Shown: piece by piece, positions 36,935 to 48,356 of the stretch
Layout of the letters: every line of letters begins with the position of its first letter
How positions within the stretch are numbered: the first letter of the stretch is position 1
Notes under the pieces: model-generated
Database searches by the model: none
Told to the model about the DNA's origin: nothing
What the model saw: the letters and a program-made list of their open reading frames with translations, nothing else
Assembly (NCBI GenBank): GCA_965235115.1
Contig: OZ249440.1
Location: 32,490,001 to 32,554,000 of the forward strand
Length of the DNA: 64,000 bases
From: Laetmonice hystrix
Taxonomy: Eukaryota
Direction of reading: 5' to 3'
Made by a program: the position numbers and the translations under genes

Positions 36935-38605
36935 AGTGTCTGGGGTATTGGTGTCCGAGGTGTCAGTTGTAGGGGGGTGGTTGTCTGAGTCTGAGGGTGT
37001 CTGGGGTGTGGTGTCAGGGGTAGGGGTGGTTGTCTGAGTCTGAGTGTCTAGGGTAAGTGGTGTCAGGGGTAGGGGGTGGTTGTCTGAGTCTGACAGTGTC
37101 TGGGGTAGTGGTGTCCGGGGTGTCAGGGGTAGAGGGTGGTTGTCTGAGTCTGAGAGTGTCTGGGGTAGTGGTGTCAGGGGTAGGGGGTAGTTGTCTGAGT
37201 GTGAGAGTGTCCGAGGTAGTGGTCAGGGGTAGGGGTGGTTGTCTGAGTCTGAGAGTGTCTGGGGTAGTGGTGTCAGGGGTAGGGGTAGTTGTCTGAGTCT
37301 GAGAGTGTCTCGGGTAGTGGTGTCAGGGGTAGGGGTGGTTGTCTGAGTCTGAGAGTGTCTGGGGTGTGGTGTCAGGGGTAGGGGTGGTTGTCTGAGTCTG
37401 AGAGTGTCTGGGGTAGTGGTGTCGGGGGTATGGGGTGGTTGTCTGAGTCTGAGAGTGTCTGGGGTGTGGTGTCAGGGGTAGGGGTGGTTGTCTGAGTCTG
37501 AGAGTGTCTGGGGTAGTGGTGTCAGGGGTAGGGGTGGTTGTCTGAGTCTCAGAGTGTCTGGGGTAGTGGTGTCAGGGGTAGGGGTAGTTGTCTGAGTCTG
37601 AGAGTGTCTCGGGTAGTGGTGTCAGGGGTAGGGGTGGTTGTCTGAGTCTGAGAGTGTCTGGGGTAGTGGTGTCAGGGGTAGGGGTAGTTGTCTGAGTCTG
37701 AGAGTGTCTGGGGTAGTGGTGTCGGGGGTATGGGGTGGTTGTCTGAGTCTGAGAGTGTCTGGGGTGTGGTGTCCGGGGTGTCAGGGGTAGGGGGTGGTTG
37801 TCTGAGTCTGAGAGTGTCTGGGGTAGTGGTGTCAGGGGTGGGGTGGTTGTCTGAGTCTGAGAGTGTCTGGGGTAGTGGTGTCAGGGGTAGGGGGTAGTTG
37901 TCTGAGTCTGAGAGTGTCTGGGGTAGTGGTGTCAGGGGTACGGGGTGGTGTCTGAGTCTGAGAGTGTCTCGGGTAGTGGTGTCGGGGGTATGGGGTGGTT
38001 GTCTGAGTCTCAGAGTGTCTGGGGTAGTGGTGTCAGGGGTAGGGGTGGTAGTCTGGGTCTGAGAGTGTCTGGGGTAGTGGTGTCAGGGGTAGGGGTGGTT
38101 GTCTGAGTCTGAGAGTGTCTGGGGTGTGGTGTCAGGGGTGGGGCGGTTGTCTGAGCCTGAGAGTGTCTGGGGTGTCAGGGGTGGGGTGGTTGTCTGAGTC
38201 TGAGGGTGTCTGGGGTGTCAGGGGTAGGGGGTGGTTGTCTGAGTCTGAGAGTGTCTGGGGTAGTGGTGTCAGGGGTGGAGTGGTTGTCTGAGTCTGAGGG
38301 TGTCTGGGGTGTCAGGGGTAGGGGTGGTTGTCTGAGTCTGAGAGTGTCTGTTGTCTGAGTCTGAGAGTGTCTGGGGTAGTGGTGTCGGGGGTATGGGGTG
38401 GTTGTCTGAGTCTAAGAGTGTCTGGGGTAGTGGTGTCACGGGTAGGGGGTGGTTGCCTGAGTCTGAGAGTGTCTGGGATAGTGGTGTCGGGGGTATGGGG
38501 TGGTTGTCTGAGTCTGAGAGTGTCTGGGGTAGTGGTGTCACGGGTAGGGGGTGGTTGCCTGAGTCTGAGAGTGTCTGGGATAGTGGTGTCGGGGTGTTAG
38601 GGGTG
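36935..38605. repeat. 50-bp G-rich minisatellite
   Basis: Unit GTCTGAGTCTGAGAGTGTCTGGGGTAGTGGTGTCAGGGGTAGGGGTGGTT, more than 30 copies; degenerate relatives at 40500-40640. Confidence 0.97.
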
Positions 38606-38631
38606 TAGAGGTCATATCAGTGCTCAACGGA

Positions 38632-38795
38632 ACAACCAACCCTCGAACAACCAGCTCTCTATCAGTAACAACAAGCTCTCTATCAGTAACAACCAGCTCT
38701 CTATCAGTAACATCCAACTCTCTATCAGTAACAACCAACTCTCTATCAGTAACAATCAACTCTATCAGAAACAACCAACTCTCTACCAGTAACAA
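38632..38795. repeat. 21-bp tandem repeat
   Basis: AACAACCAGCTCTCTATCAGT about 7 times; related copies at 38909-38975. Confidence 0.9.
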
Positions 38796-39078
38796 GAAAT
38801 AAACAAGACATATTGACAATTTTACGTTTTATTCTTTGAAAATTGGCAATAGGTATTGTTTATTCCAAAACAAAATGTGCCAAATTTGCTATTATCTATA
38901 CTCAATAGAACAACCAACCCTCTATCAGTAACAACCAGTTCTCTATTTGTAACAACGTGCTCCCTATCAGTAACAAGGAATAAACCAGACATAAATTTTA
39001 CGCAACCAAGGGGAGGTTCAGCTATGTTGTTTACACACAGACAGCAAACACATTTCTTGATGGTTCCCTCCATACATA

Positions 39079-39424
39079 CATTCCTCCCTCGCTATAGCGC
39101 ACCCCGTTTTACCGCCACCCTCGCATATAACGCCAAAATGTATTTGCACAGAAATCCCAATGTATTTTCCCCATAGGTATCGCCAACCCTCGCTATCGCC
39201 ATCCGCCAGGCCTCTGGGGTTGTACCTCGGGCTAAACCAAATTGACCAGGCCCATGCCCATTAAAAAATATGGGAAACGGTGGTTGGCTGGGTGTACGTA
39301 AGGTTCAAGATTGGCGTCCATGCACTCGTGTACATGCCTCTGTATACCTCGCTATAACGCCACCCTCGCTATACGGCCAACGGCGCCTATGTCCCGAGGC
39401 TGGCGCTATAGCGAGGGAGGACTG
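39079..39424. mobile_element. Tc1/mariner (pogo-like) MITE
   Basis: CA(G/T)TCCTCCCTCGCTATAGCG TIR; TA TSD. Confidence 0.8.
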
Positions 39425-39528
39425 TATAAGGTTCTCTAACATATGATAATTCATTGGGACATACTTTTTTCATGGAGGAGTGAAAACGTGTTCAGGCACT
39501 GTGAAAAAACCTAATGTCTGTAGATATA

Positions 39529-40375
39529 TCGGGTGGATAAAAAAAACGCCCCGAACTTTAAACTTTAATATTTCAAAAACTATGCATTATAATCCAATAA
39601 AATTTCTCTTAATATCACTTCATGATATTATCTCTGGTATGTTAAAGTTTCAGCTCAATAGTTTCGATATTAATCCCGTGGCGCTAAAAACTAAAATCAG
39701 TGTCTAAAAACGCAATTAGGTCAAATATCATGCAGCTGCCAGGTGTCCAATTTGATACCTGTTTGATGCACCGCGTTGTACCTTGGGTAAAAACATTTTC
39801 AATATTTAGTTTTTGCATGTTTTACAATATGTATAATGTTGTGGACCACTAGATATAATAAATTATGTGCTATTCCTAGTACTTCTAGAGAAAAACAGAT
39901 GTTTAATGTGCCAAACCCTACAGAGAAACTGCAACATTAGGACAATATGACTGTAACCAGAAGTTCAAGGGAAATCGTATCATTATCACGTTTAGCAACA
40001 CATTCAGAACGTTGCATATTTCCCAATGTTGGGAAGATATTTCCCTATCAGAGATCAGGAAGTGCATTGGCTCATGGAAAAAAAGACTGAGAGCAGTATG
40101 AAGTGAAAACGGGGGACCGATTGACCACCTACTCGAGTGTGAGGCCAGGCACTCTGGGTGCGACTACACGTCGTTTAGCACGGCATTGCGTTTTTGTACA
40201 ATGATTTTTGTTTTTAGCCCCACGGAAATATTATCCAAGCTATTGACTTGTAAACATTAACACATAAGAGACAACATCATGAAGTGATATGAAGAGAAAT
40301 CTCATTGAATTACAATCATTACTTTTTGAAATATTTAAGTTTAAAGTTCGGGGCGTTTTTTTTTTATCCACCCGA
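39529..40375. mobile_element. Tc1/mariner-like non-autonomous element
   Basis: TIR TCGGGTGGATAAAAAAAACGCCCCGAACTTTAAAC extended by long imperfect arms; TA-flanked. Confidence 0.82.
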
Positions 40376-40656
40376 TATGTTGCCGCTCTGCTAGGAAGCT
40401 GGTCTCCGTTTTCAGAGAAGCACTTCTATTGGATGGGAATAAAATAAAATCTGGGGTGGGACAACTTACCCCTGTGACGTTTAGCTCCCCACTTCCTACA
40501 GGGTAGAGTTGTGTCTGGGGTAGGGGGTATATGTCTGGGTCTGACGGTGTCTGGGGGTAGAGTTGTGTCCAGGGTAGAGGGTGAATGTCTTGGTCTGAGG
40601 CAGGGTGTCTGGGGTACAGTTGTCTCCAGGGTGTCAGAGGGAGATGTCATACATAC

Positions 40657-40765
40657 CGGACTGGTCGGTGGGGCAGAGTTCGCCACTAAAACCACAGACC
40701 GGAGTATCAGGCGGCTGTCTTCCATCAGCTGTCCCCCAAAACGCTTCACCAAACACCTTCACTCG
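40657..40765 (-). CDS. Receptor guanylyl cyclase, exon D (extracellular juxtamembrane Cys motif)
   Basis: cag|...|gtatgt; 109 nt, phase 0/1; RVKVFGEAFWGTADGRQPPDTPVCGFSGELCPTDQS; PPDxPxCGF is typical of receptor guanylyl cyclases. Confidence 0.92.
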
Positions 40766-40867
40766 CTGTAAACAAACGTCTCATAGTGTCATGTATCGGG
40801 GCCAAGTATTATCTATTAAAAATCACTTTTGCAACATTATAACGGGATTATGACATCCTAACTGTAT

Positions 40868-41019
40868 TGTCATAGATTGCAGTTCTGGATCATTACTTTG
40901 AATCGAAGACAACAGTAGACATGTTGTTGGACTAGTTGTATTACCTCGTGCGCCACGCCACCGGAAGTGCGTTGTCTTAACGTACATGATATATATTAAG
41001 GTATCACTATACTATGACA
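40868..41019 (-). repeat. Terminal 3' LTR of the Gypsy element
   Basis: Identical to the 5' LTR except at one CpG site; preceded by TSD TGTAT; PPT-like AAAAGAAAGGGA adjacent on the minus strand. Confidence 0.95.
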
Positions 41020-41029
41020 TCCCTTTCTT

Positions 41030-41548
41030 TTGCCAAGGTACTGTGGCAGCAAGAGGTAGGGGGTTAGGCTGCTTTGCTATTAACAAAGTACTGTGGCAGC
41101 AAGGGGTAGGGGGTAAGGCTGCATTGTTATTGCCAAGGTACTGTGGCAGCAAAGGGAAGGGGGTTAGGCTGCATTGTTATTGCCAAGGTACTGTGGCAGC
41201 AAGGGGTAGGGCGTTAGGCTTCATTGTTATTGCCAAAGTAATGGTGCAGCAAGGGGTAGGGGGTTAGGCTGCATTGTTATTGCCAAGGTACTGTGGCAGC
41301 AAGGGGTAGGGGGTCAGGCTGCATTGTTATTGCCAAGGTACTGTGGCAGCAAGGGCTAGAGGGTTAGGCTGCTTTGCTATTACCAAAGTACTGAAGCAGC
41401 AAGGGTAGGGGGTTAGGCTGTTTTGCTATTACCAAAGTACTGTGGCAGCAAGGGGTAGGGGGTTAGGCTGTTTTGCTATTACCAAAGTACTGTGGCAGCA
41501 AGGGGTAGGGGGTTAGGCTGCTTTGCGATTACCAAATTACTGTTGCCA
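41030..41548. repeat. 50-bp minisatellite (about 10 copies) between two LTR copies
   Basis: Unit TTGCCAAGGTACTGTGGCAGCAAGGGGTAGGGGGTTAGGCTGCATTGTTA with 50-bp period. Confidence 0.95.
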
Positions 41549-41841
41549 CTGGTGTCCACTTTTTCCAAGTGTTCCATATTACTATACAGATTCAGGCCAA
41601 ATTACCGCAGGCTGTTTTACTGTAACTCGCGAAGGGAGGTCTCAAAGGCCTCTTTTCAGGGTTACACAGTTTCACATGTTAATTGGCATCTCCAAATTAT
41701 ATAGGCCTACATGTATATACTACGAGTATACCTTTTGCTTTTACACCTAAGATTTTCTCCACACCGACAGTTGTAATTCTCTATGTCCAATGTGAAGGGT
41801 CGTTGGCAATAAAGCTCATGACATGTTCAAAATATAGTACC

Positions 41842-41972
41842 ATCATTACTTTGAATCGAAGACAACAGTAGACATGTTGTTGGACTAGTTGTATTACCTC
41901 GTGCGCCACGCCACCGGAAGTGCGTTGTCTTAATGTACATGATATATATTAAGGTATCACTATACTATGACA
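41842..41972 (-). repeat. Internal, truncated third LTR copy
   Basis: 131 bp identical to 40889-41019 except one base; lacks the terminal 21 bp; adjacent PPT AAAAGAGAGGGA leads into the element body. Confidence 0.92.
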
Positions 41973-42302
41973 TCCCTCTCTTTTGCAAGAAACTTAATGG
42001 GACGGAAAACACGAAAGAAATATATATTTATTTCTTCTTTAACTAAGTGTGGCTTCTTGAATAGCCTGTAAAATAATACTGAGTTATACTTATAATGTCC
42101 TTCACACAAAAGTCTTTCGTGTAGAGTCTTGGTACGAAAAATATTACTAATTTATAATGTCCTTCACGCAAAAGTCTTTCACGCAGAGAGTCTCAGTTAG
42201 ATCGAATGTCTTAACTATATCATCTACTGACTAATTATCAAGTATCGTCTGTGTAACATAAATCCACAAGGTTCCCTTAGGCTACGTTTTACAGTTCAGT
42301 CT

Positions 42303-45300
42303 TTAAACTTGGCTGGATCGTTTGTGACTCTCCCTGATCTGGTTACCTGACTTCTCGGCTGATATGAAACCCCCACTCACAACAATCACTTGGGATGAAG
42401 GGTCGGGGCTCGTTGGACTCTCGGCCCTCATCAGAGTTGTACTTTTCACTGAAGGTACAGGTGGAACCACAACAGGTTCCTCAGTAGAGGAAGTCAGTGG
42501 TACCGTTGGACTGATGGATGCTGGCAGTGTCAGGGGTGTTGGTACGGTTTGCGCGTTATTAGTGTCACTGGGTGGTGATGGATTCTTGCTTCTAGGCTTC
42601 AAATGCTCCCTTGTTCTCTGGTAGATTTTTCCTCGGATGTCTACCAGGTAGGTCCTAGGCTCTCTGATATGGTTTGGTCTGTTCAGTATCACTGCCGGTT
42701 CCCATATGCGTTTGAGCATATTTCTGACGTATACTGGTTCCTTGTTGTGCAGATTTCCCCTGCCGTCTCCTGCCTTGTTGTTATAGAATACAGCCTGTGT
42801 TATTTGGCGGTGTCGGTTAGCATCCTGGTGGTGATCGTTCTCTGGGTGCTTTGACATCAGTGCCCTTTTACCGTGAGGGAGTAGCGTTCTTGGCTTGCGT
42901 CCGTAAAGTAGCTCATATGGTGATGGCATGTGGTCGTCAAGTGGTGTTATCCTATACATCCACATAGCTGAATCTAGTTCTTGCTGGTCTCCAGTTGTTT
43001 TTTCCACAATGGTTTGCATATGCCGACGGACCTTTCTGCCAGGCTGTTGGCTTGATGATGGTAGGGTGAACTGAACGTCAGTGTGATTCCACTGCTTTTG
43101 CATTTCTCCTGGAACAAGCTGCTGACGTATCGAGAGCCAAAATCAGTGATGATAGTTGACGGTAACCCATATTCTGTGAAGATGCTGCTGAATTGGTTAC
43201 ATATTGTTTTGGCCGTCATGCCCTCCAACTGTCTCACTACCGGAAATCGCGAGTAGTAATCAACTACCATCAGGTATTTTGATCCCTTGAATTCAAAAAT
43301 GTCGGTACCCAATTTCTCCCATGGTCTTGTAGGTAGGTCGCGCTGCATGTGTCACGGTCATAATATTTCGTGTTAATTATTTGTTTCATTTTCTGTCTTA
43401 AGTTACCGTGGATTAACCAACTAATTGTTATGTTATACTTATGTAGAAACTTCAGACGTCTATACTTATTGTCATGTCAACATCCATGTTTTCCTGTATT
43501 TCTTTTTATGTTCTCAAACAAACCCACATGTTTAGTTTGGTATTTTACATACAGTCAAGCCAAGGGCCGACCACAAAGGCGGTCAAATCCTAACCTTAAC
43601 TCTTATATAAACAATGCAGTTCTACCATCTATTGTATTTGTAATCCTCCCATATGTTACCCTTTCCTTCAGCTATTGTAATTGTTAAGAGATGCAGACAT
43701 TCTGTCTGACTATGTTGTATCTTAATTAAAGCCATTTCCGTCCGCATTGATTGTGAGCCATAATAAAAAGGGTCCGTGCCTAAGGCCAGAGAGTTAGTTC
43801 AGTCTGAGCTAGTCAGAGAACATCAAGAAACACACTACCTCTTCATTGGACTTATACTTCCTAGTGACCATCCCCGACTCTACCATTTGAGAGCACTCCC
43901 CAATAATGCTCATTTACAAACTACAGGATTTTCTAGTAACAAAGCAACCGTAGACTATCAAGTTACAAAGTCTTGGAGAATATTAAGTTACACATGATTG
44001 GCATCTTCGCTTGAGCTGGTTGGTGTTTGTTACAAATGTCACAGTCTTTCACCACTTGCCTGATGTCATTTGAAATTCCAGGCCAAAATATGGAATCTCT
44101 TGCCAGAAGGATACACTTTGTTTCTCCCTTATGACCAGAATGAATGGCTTGTAGAGCTTGCTTCCTTAGCTGCTCGGGTATCACAATCTTGTCTCCTTTT
44201 AGGATCAACCCATCTTCTAGGACGAGGTCACACCTGAAGTTCCAGTAATCCCAAAGCTCCTGAGGACACTTTTTTCTGTAGTCAGGCCATCCTCTGAAGA
44301 TCACGTCCTTTAACATGTTCATGGTTGTGTCCTGACTGGTCACAAGCTTCACTTGATCCATATCAGTTGGACATGACATGCTGGTGACGAAACTAATATC
44401 GTATCCAGGGACCCTGGCGTCGTGTCCGTTCTCTCCGCAACAAACTCTTGATAAGGCATCAGCAACCGGAATAGTTTTTCCAGGCCTGTATTTGACTTCC
44501 AGGTCAAATCTGAGGCATCTGAGTAGTAGTCTCTGCAGCCTTGTTGGTGCCTCCGCGATGTGCTTCTTGAAGATCTGCTCTAGAGGCGAGTGATCTGTCT
44601 CCACTAAGATGTGTCTTCCAAACAGGTAGTACTCGAACTTTTCTAGACCGTACATCACTCCTAGACATTCTCGTCTTATCCAGGCGCCAAGTCCCTTTTC
44701 GCTCGCATCACACTGCAGAATAGTAGTGGTAGCTGGGTCTGGATCGTGGTAAGATATGATGTTCGCTGAGCAGAGTTCTCTTTTGATCCTCTCCAAAGCA
44801 GCCTGATGATGGGGTTCCCATTTGAAGTGTACGTGTTTGTTACAAATGTCACAGTCTTTCACCACTTGCCTGATGTCATTTGAAATTCCAGGCCAAAATA
44901 TGGAAGAAGCAGAAATAAAACCCCAAATTCCCGTCAGAAGACACGACATGAGGCAGAAGTCAAAGATGATCACTACGGCAGAGGTCGAAGGTCAACTGGA
45001 TTTCAAAAGAAACCGAGACCGTTCAACTTCAAATTCAAAGGATGTTTCAGATGTGGAACACAGCACGACAGGTCTACTACATGCCCAGCAATACATTCGA
45101 AGTGTAGATACTGTGAGAAAATAGGGCACTTCATGAAAGTCTGCCTGAAGAAACGGATAAATAAACTTCATGGTGAGCTGCCTGAGTGGTGCTGTCAGCT
45201 CCGCCAACTTGACTGAGAATCTGTTCAGGTAGGTGACCATTCCGAGTATGGTCAAGAGTTCCTTGGAATTGGTTGGTGACTTGATATTTCGGATAGCTTC

Positions 45301-46460
45301 CAGCTTTTCAGTGGCAGGTTCTACCCCCTTGTCTGTAATGGTATGACCGTAGAAATCAACCTCAGACTGCTTGAATTGTAGCTTTCCAGAATTCAAGCTG
45401 ACATTGTTGCTGCGGCAAGCATTGAGCACGTTTACAAATGCTTGATCATGTTCCTGTGGTGTACTGCCACTTATGAGAATGTCATCAGCTATTCCTCCTA
45501 CATTGGGAATGTTCCTGAAGACCTCGTCTAACTTGCGCTGGAATACATCCTGTGAAACGATGACCCCATAGGGTAGACGGTTGAATCTATATCTACCAAA
45601 AGGGGTGTTGAATGTGCAAAGTAGACTTGACTCATAGTCTAGTTCGACGTGCCAGTAGCCTTTTTTGGTGTCGACTGCTGAGAAATATTCCTTCCCATGC
45701 AACGTTGGTAATATCTCGTCGATCGTCCTGCTGTAGTAATGCTCTCTTTTGATGTTCGCGTTCAAATCCTTAGGATCCAAACAGAGTCTGACTTTCTTGT
45801 TTCCATCCTGCTTGTCCTTTACGTTGCAAACAATTGAGTTGACCCAGTCGGTGGGCTCGGTGACTTCTGTGATGATGTCATCTGCGATCATCCTTTCAAG
45901 TTCTGCTTTGTAAAGCGGTAAGATATGCACTGGCACCGTGCGTGGAGGATGGACAACTGGTGTAGGATTTTCAACGAGTTCGATGTGGTACTTCTCTCCA
46001 GGGATGCGACCTACTTTGTCGAAGCAATCCTTGTATTCCTCCAGAACTATCGAATTGGTAAGTTTGCCTTGTTGTGCGGCTTCCTGTGCCTGTGTAGAAT
46101 TAGCAGACTGTGGTGGAGTCGCGGCGCTGCGGTCAGCGCTGGCAATATCATCAATGTTGACTTTGACAATCCCAAGTTTCTGTGACTGTTTGCATCCTAG
46201 CATAGACGGGTTTCCTGGGGCTTCCACTATCGTGAACTTGGTTTGAATAGACTTTTCCTTGTAGGATACTTTCAGGGTCGTAACTCCCACATTATGTATC
46301 TTGCCTCCCCCATATCCCTGCAGTAGCATGGCTGTACTTCAGGAATAAATGGTAAGCATTGTAGATCATCTGTCGTGAGAACACATGTATCTGCTCCCGT
46401 GTCTACCTTTATTTTCATTATTCTGTTTGTATAGCTTTGTTGACTGTCCACGGATTCCAC
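42303..46460 (-). pseudogene. pol: Gypsy pol (PR-RT-RNaseH-IN), disrupted
   Basis: PR KVDTGAD (46272-46460); RT RLCLDPKDLN, FNTPFGRY, IADD (45173-46329); RH CDAS, ETDHSPL, ADALSR; IN H-x-GH...C-x2-C, VDYYSRF, TDFG, AERSV. Frameshifts, an apparent RH deletion (GAWIR|RECLG) and two insertions. Confidence 0.92.
43350..43992. mobile_element. Solo LTR of an unrelated LTR retrotransposon, inserted in the Gypsy integrase
   Basis: TGTCAC...GTTACA termini; 4-bp TSD CATG (43346-49 / 43993-96); AATAAA at about 43762; removing it restores AQAKMPIM|QRDLPTRPW. Confidence 0.88.
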
Positions 46461-47457
46461 AGTTGTGATTTACCCAAGAGTCACGCTGATGGGCTGTGTA
46501 TCGATCACTAGCTCCATCTTCATCATAGCTGTAACCATTGTAAGGGCCGTCTGCATCGTCGTTGATTTCAAGGTGTATGTCCTGACCCTCGTATTCCGGG
46601 CTATCGACTATCTCATGAAGTTTATTTATCCGTTTCTTCAGGCAGACTTTCATGAAGTGCCCTATTTTCTCACAGTATCTACACTTCGAATGTATTGCTG
46701 GGCATGTAGTAGACCTGTCGTGCTGTGTTCCACATCTGAAACATCCTTTGAATTTGAAGTTGAACGGTCTCGGTTTCTTTTGAAATCCAGTTGACCTTCG
46801 ACCTCTGCCGTAGTGATCATCTTTGACTTCTGCCTCATGTCGTGTCTTCTGACGGGAATTTGGGGTTTTATTTCTGCTTCTTACTGTGTGAAGATCAGAC
46901 TTATTCTCCCCTTGAGTGATAACCTTCATTTGTGCTGAAGTGCTTTCTTCAATCTTCGCTAAATCATAGACTTTCTTGAACGTTAAGTCGTTGCCAACTG
47001 CTATGGCATCCTTTCGGACTTTGTCAGACTTCAGACCGAAGACTAGAGTGTCACGTAGTGTTTCATCCTTCACACCTGCGTCGTATCCACCGTCTTCCAC
47101 CAGTAGACGTGCTTTGGTGACAAACTCCTCAAGTGTCAGATCTCCTTGTTTGAGGGATCTGAGTTGGAATCTGGCTAGGATCTTATTGCTCTGCGGTTTG
47201 GTGTAGGCCTCCAGAACTGTAAATACTGGACCTAGCCTTAGGTTGTCTGCTTCATCGACCCATGCTGCTGCATTGTATATTTCTAGTCCTTTATCTCCTA
47301 CCCAGAGTAATAAGAGTCTCACTTTCTTTGCTTCCTCTTGTACTTCCAATGGGCCTTGGAATACGAGCTCACATTTTTGTTTGAACAGCTTGAACCTCTT
47401 GTGTAGATCTCCAGGACTTGTCCAGTCCATGGATGGTGGTGTGTACTTGTCAGCCAT
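46366..47457 (-). CDS. gag: Gypsy Gag (3' end frameshifted or deleted)
   Basis: 363-aa ORF with retrotransposon gag-like 'RFQLRSLKQG...LEEFV..LRD.LVFGL' and zinc knuckles CFRCGTQH...C and CRYCEKIGHFMKVC. Confidence 0.88.
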   Translation of the reverse strand: MADKYTPPSMDWTSPGDLHKRFKLFKQKCELVFQGPLEVQEEAKKVRLLLLWVGDKGLEIYNAAAWVDEADNLRLGPVFTVLEAYTKPQSNKILARFQLRSLKQGDLTLEEFVTKARLLVEDGGYDAGVKDETLRDTLVFGLKSDKVRKDAIAVGNDLTFKKVYDLAKIEESTSAQMKVITQGENKSDLHTVRSRNKTPNSRQKTRHEAEVKDDHYGRGRRSTGFQKKPRPFNFKFKGCFRCGTQHDRSTTCPAIHSKCRYCEKIGHFMKVCLKKRINKLHEIVDSPEYEGQDIHLEINDDADGPYNGYSYDEDGASDRYTAHQRDSWVNHNCGIRGQSTKLYKQNNENKGRHGSRYMCSHDR

Positions 47458-47756
47458 AGTGATAGTGCGACGCCAACGGTATTGCTATTACGTATTAGTG
47501 ACTTGAACTTTGCTGAACGCTTGATCACAGTTCTCACCGAGTCTAAGTAAGTTGATAGGGAGTAACTGTCATTGTATGGCAATTTAGACTCGAATCTGGC
47601 GAGAGACTTACGCCAGTTGCCGGACGGAGTGACTGTCCTCGGTGGGCGATAATGTGTTGATTCGTGGGTCGCTGGCAGCGTGTTCGACGTTGACAAATAT
47701 CCACAGTGTAAGTGTGCGATATAATCTCCCATGTGACTAAGAAGAACTTGTCAGAG

Positions 47757-47774
47757 ATCCCACTTCTGACACCA
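47757..47774 (-). promoter_or_regulatory. Primer-binding site complementary to the tRNA-Leu 3' end
   Basis: Minus strand TGGTGTCAGAAGTGGGAT directly after the 5' LTR; matches, from memory, the ...ATCCCACTTCTGACACCA end of metazoan tRNA-Leu(CAA). Confidence 0.85.
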
Positions 47775-47926
47775 TGTCATAGATTGCAGTTCTGGATCAT
47801 TACTTTGAATCGAAGACAACAGTAGACATGTTGTTGGACTAGTTGTATTACCTCGTGCGCCACGCCACCGGAAGTGCGTTGTCTTAACATACATGATATA
47901 TATTAAGGTATCACTATACTATGACA
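47775..47926 (-). repeat. 5' LTR of the Gypsy element
   Basis: TGTCATAG...CTATGACA; adjacent to the PBS; followed by TSD TGTAT. Confidence 0.95.
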
Positions 47927-48356
47927 TGTATTACGGCAATAAGAAATAAAAGGTGGGATCTGGCTAAGTGATCAGTGACAGTGTCGGCCAATTGTTAGTG
48001 AAGTTTGCTGTTGAGGAACTGCTAGCGAGCGACGTTAGTACTCAGAGAGGCACCGGACCGGTTCACTGGAAAAGACAAAATGGCGGCCAGCATGGGGAAT
48101 GTCATAGCGTCACTGAAAGGTGAAAATTATCCCTCATGGAGAATACAGTGTCAGATGACACTGATCAAGGATGGATTGTGGGGCATTGTGAGTAAGACTG
48201 CAGATCGACCTGCACCTAATGAACCAGAGAAGTTGGCCAAGTTCATGTGGTCTATGTCCGTTAGTTCGACAGCCCAATAATCCGACGCCCACTTTGGCTG
48301 TCGGACGAATGGGAAAATATAACTCACCCTAAACATAACTTTAACTCTAACCTATA

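Larger units (their letters stand above)
40868..47926 (-). mobile_element. Ty3/Gypsy LTR retrotransposon (Mag/SURL-like), defective, with three LTR copies
   Basis: 152-bp TG...CA LTRs at 40868-41019 and 47775-47926 (1 mismatch); 5-bp TSD TGTAT (40863-67 / 47927-31); PBS and PPT present; gag-PR-RT-RH-IN order; double CCHC in Gag; RT motif IADD. Confidence 0.95.

Noticed and set aside
36935..38820. CRISPR-like regular repeats and repetitive ORFs
   Set aside because: Head-to-tail units with no unique spacers and no cas genes, in a eukaryotic context.
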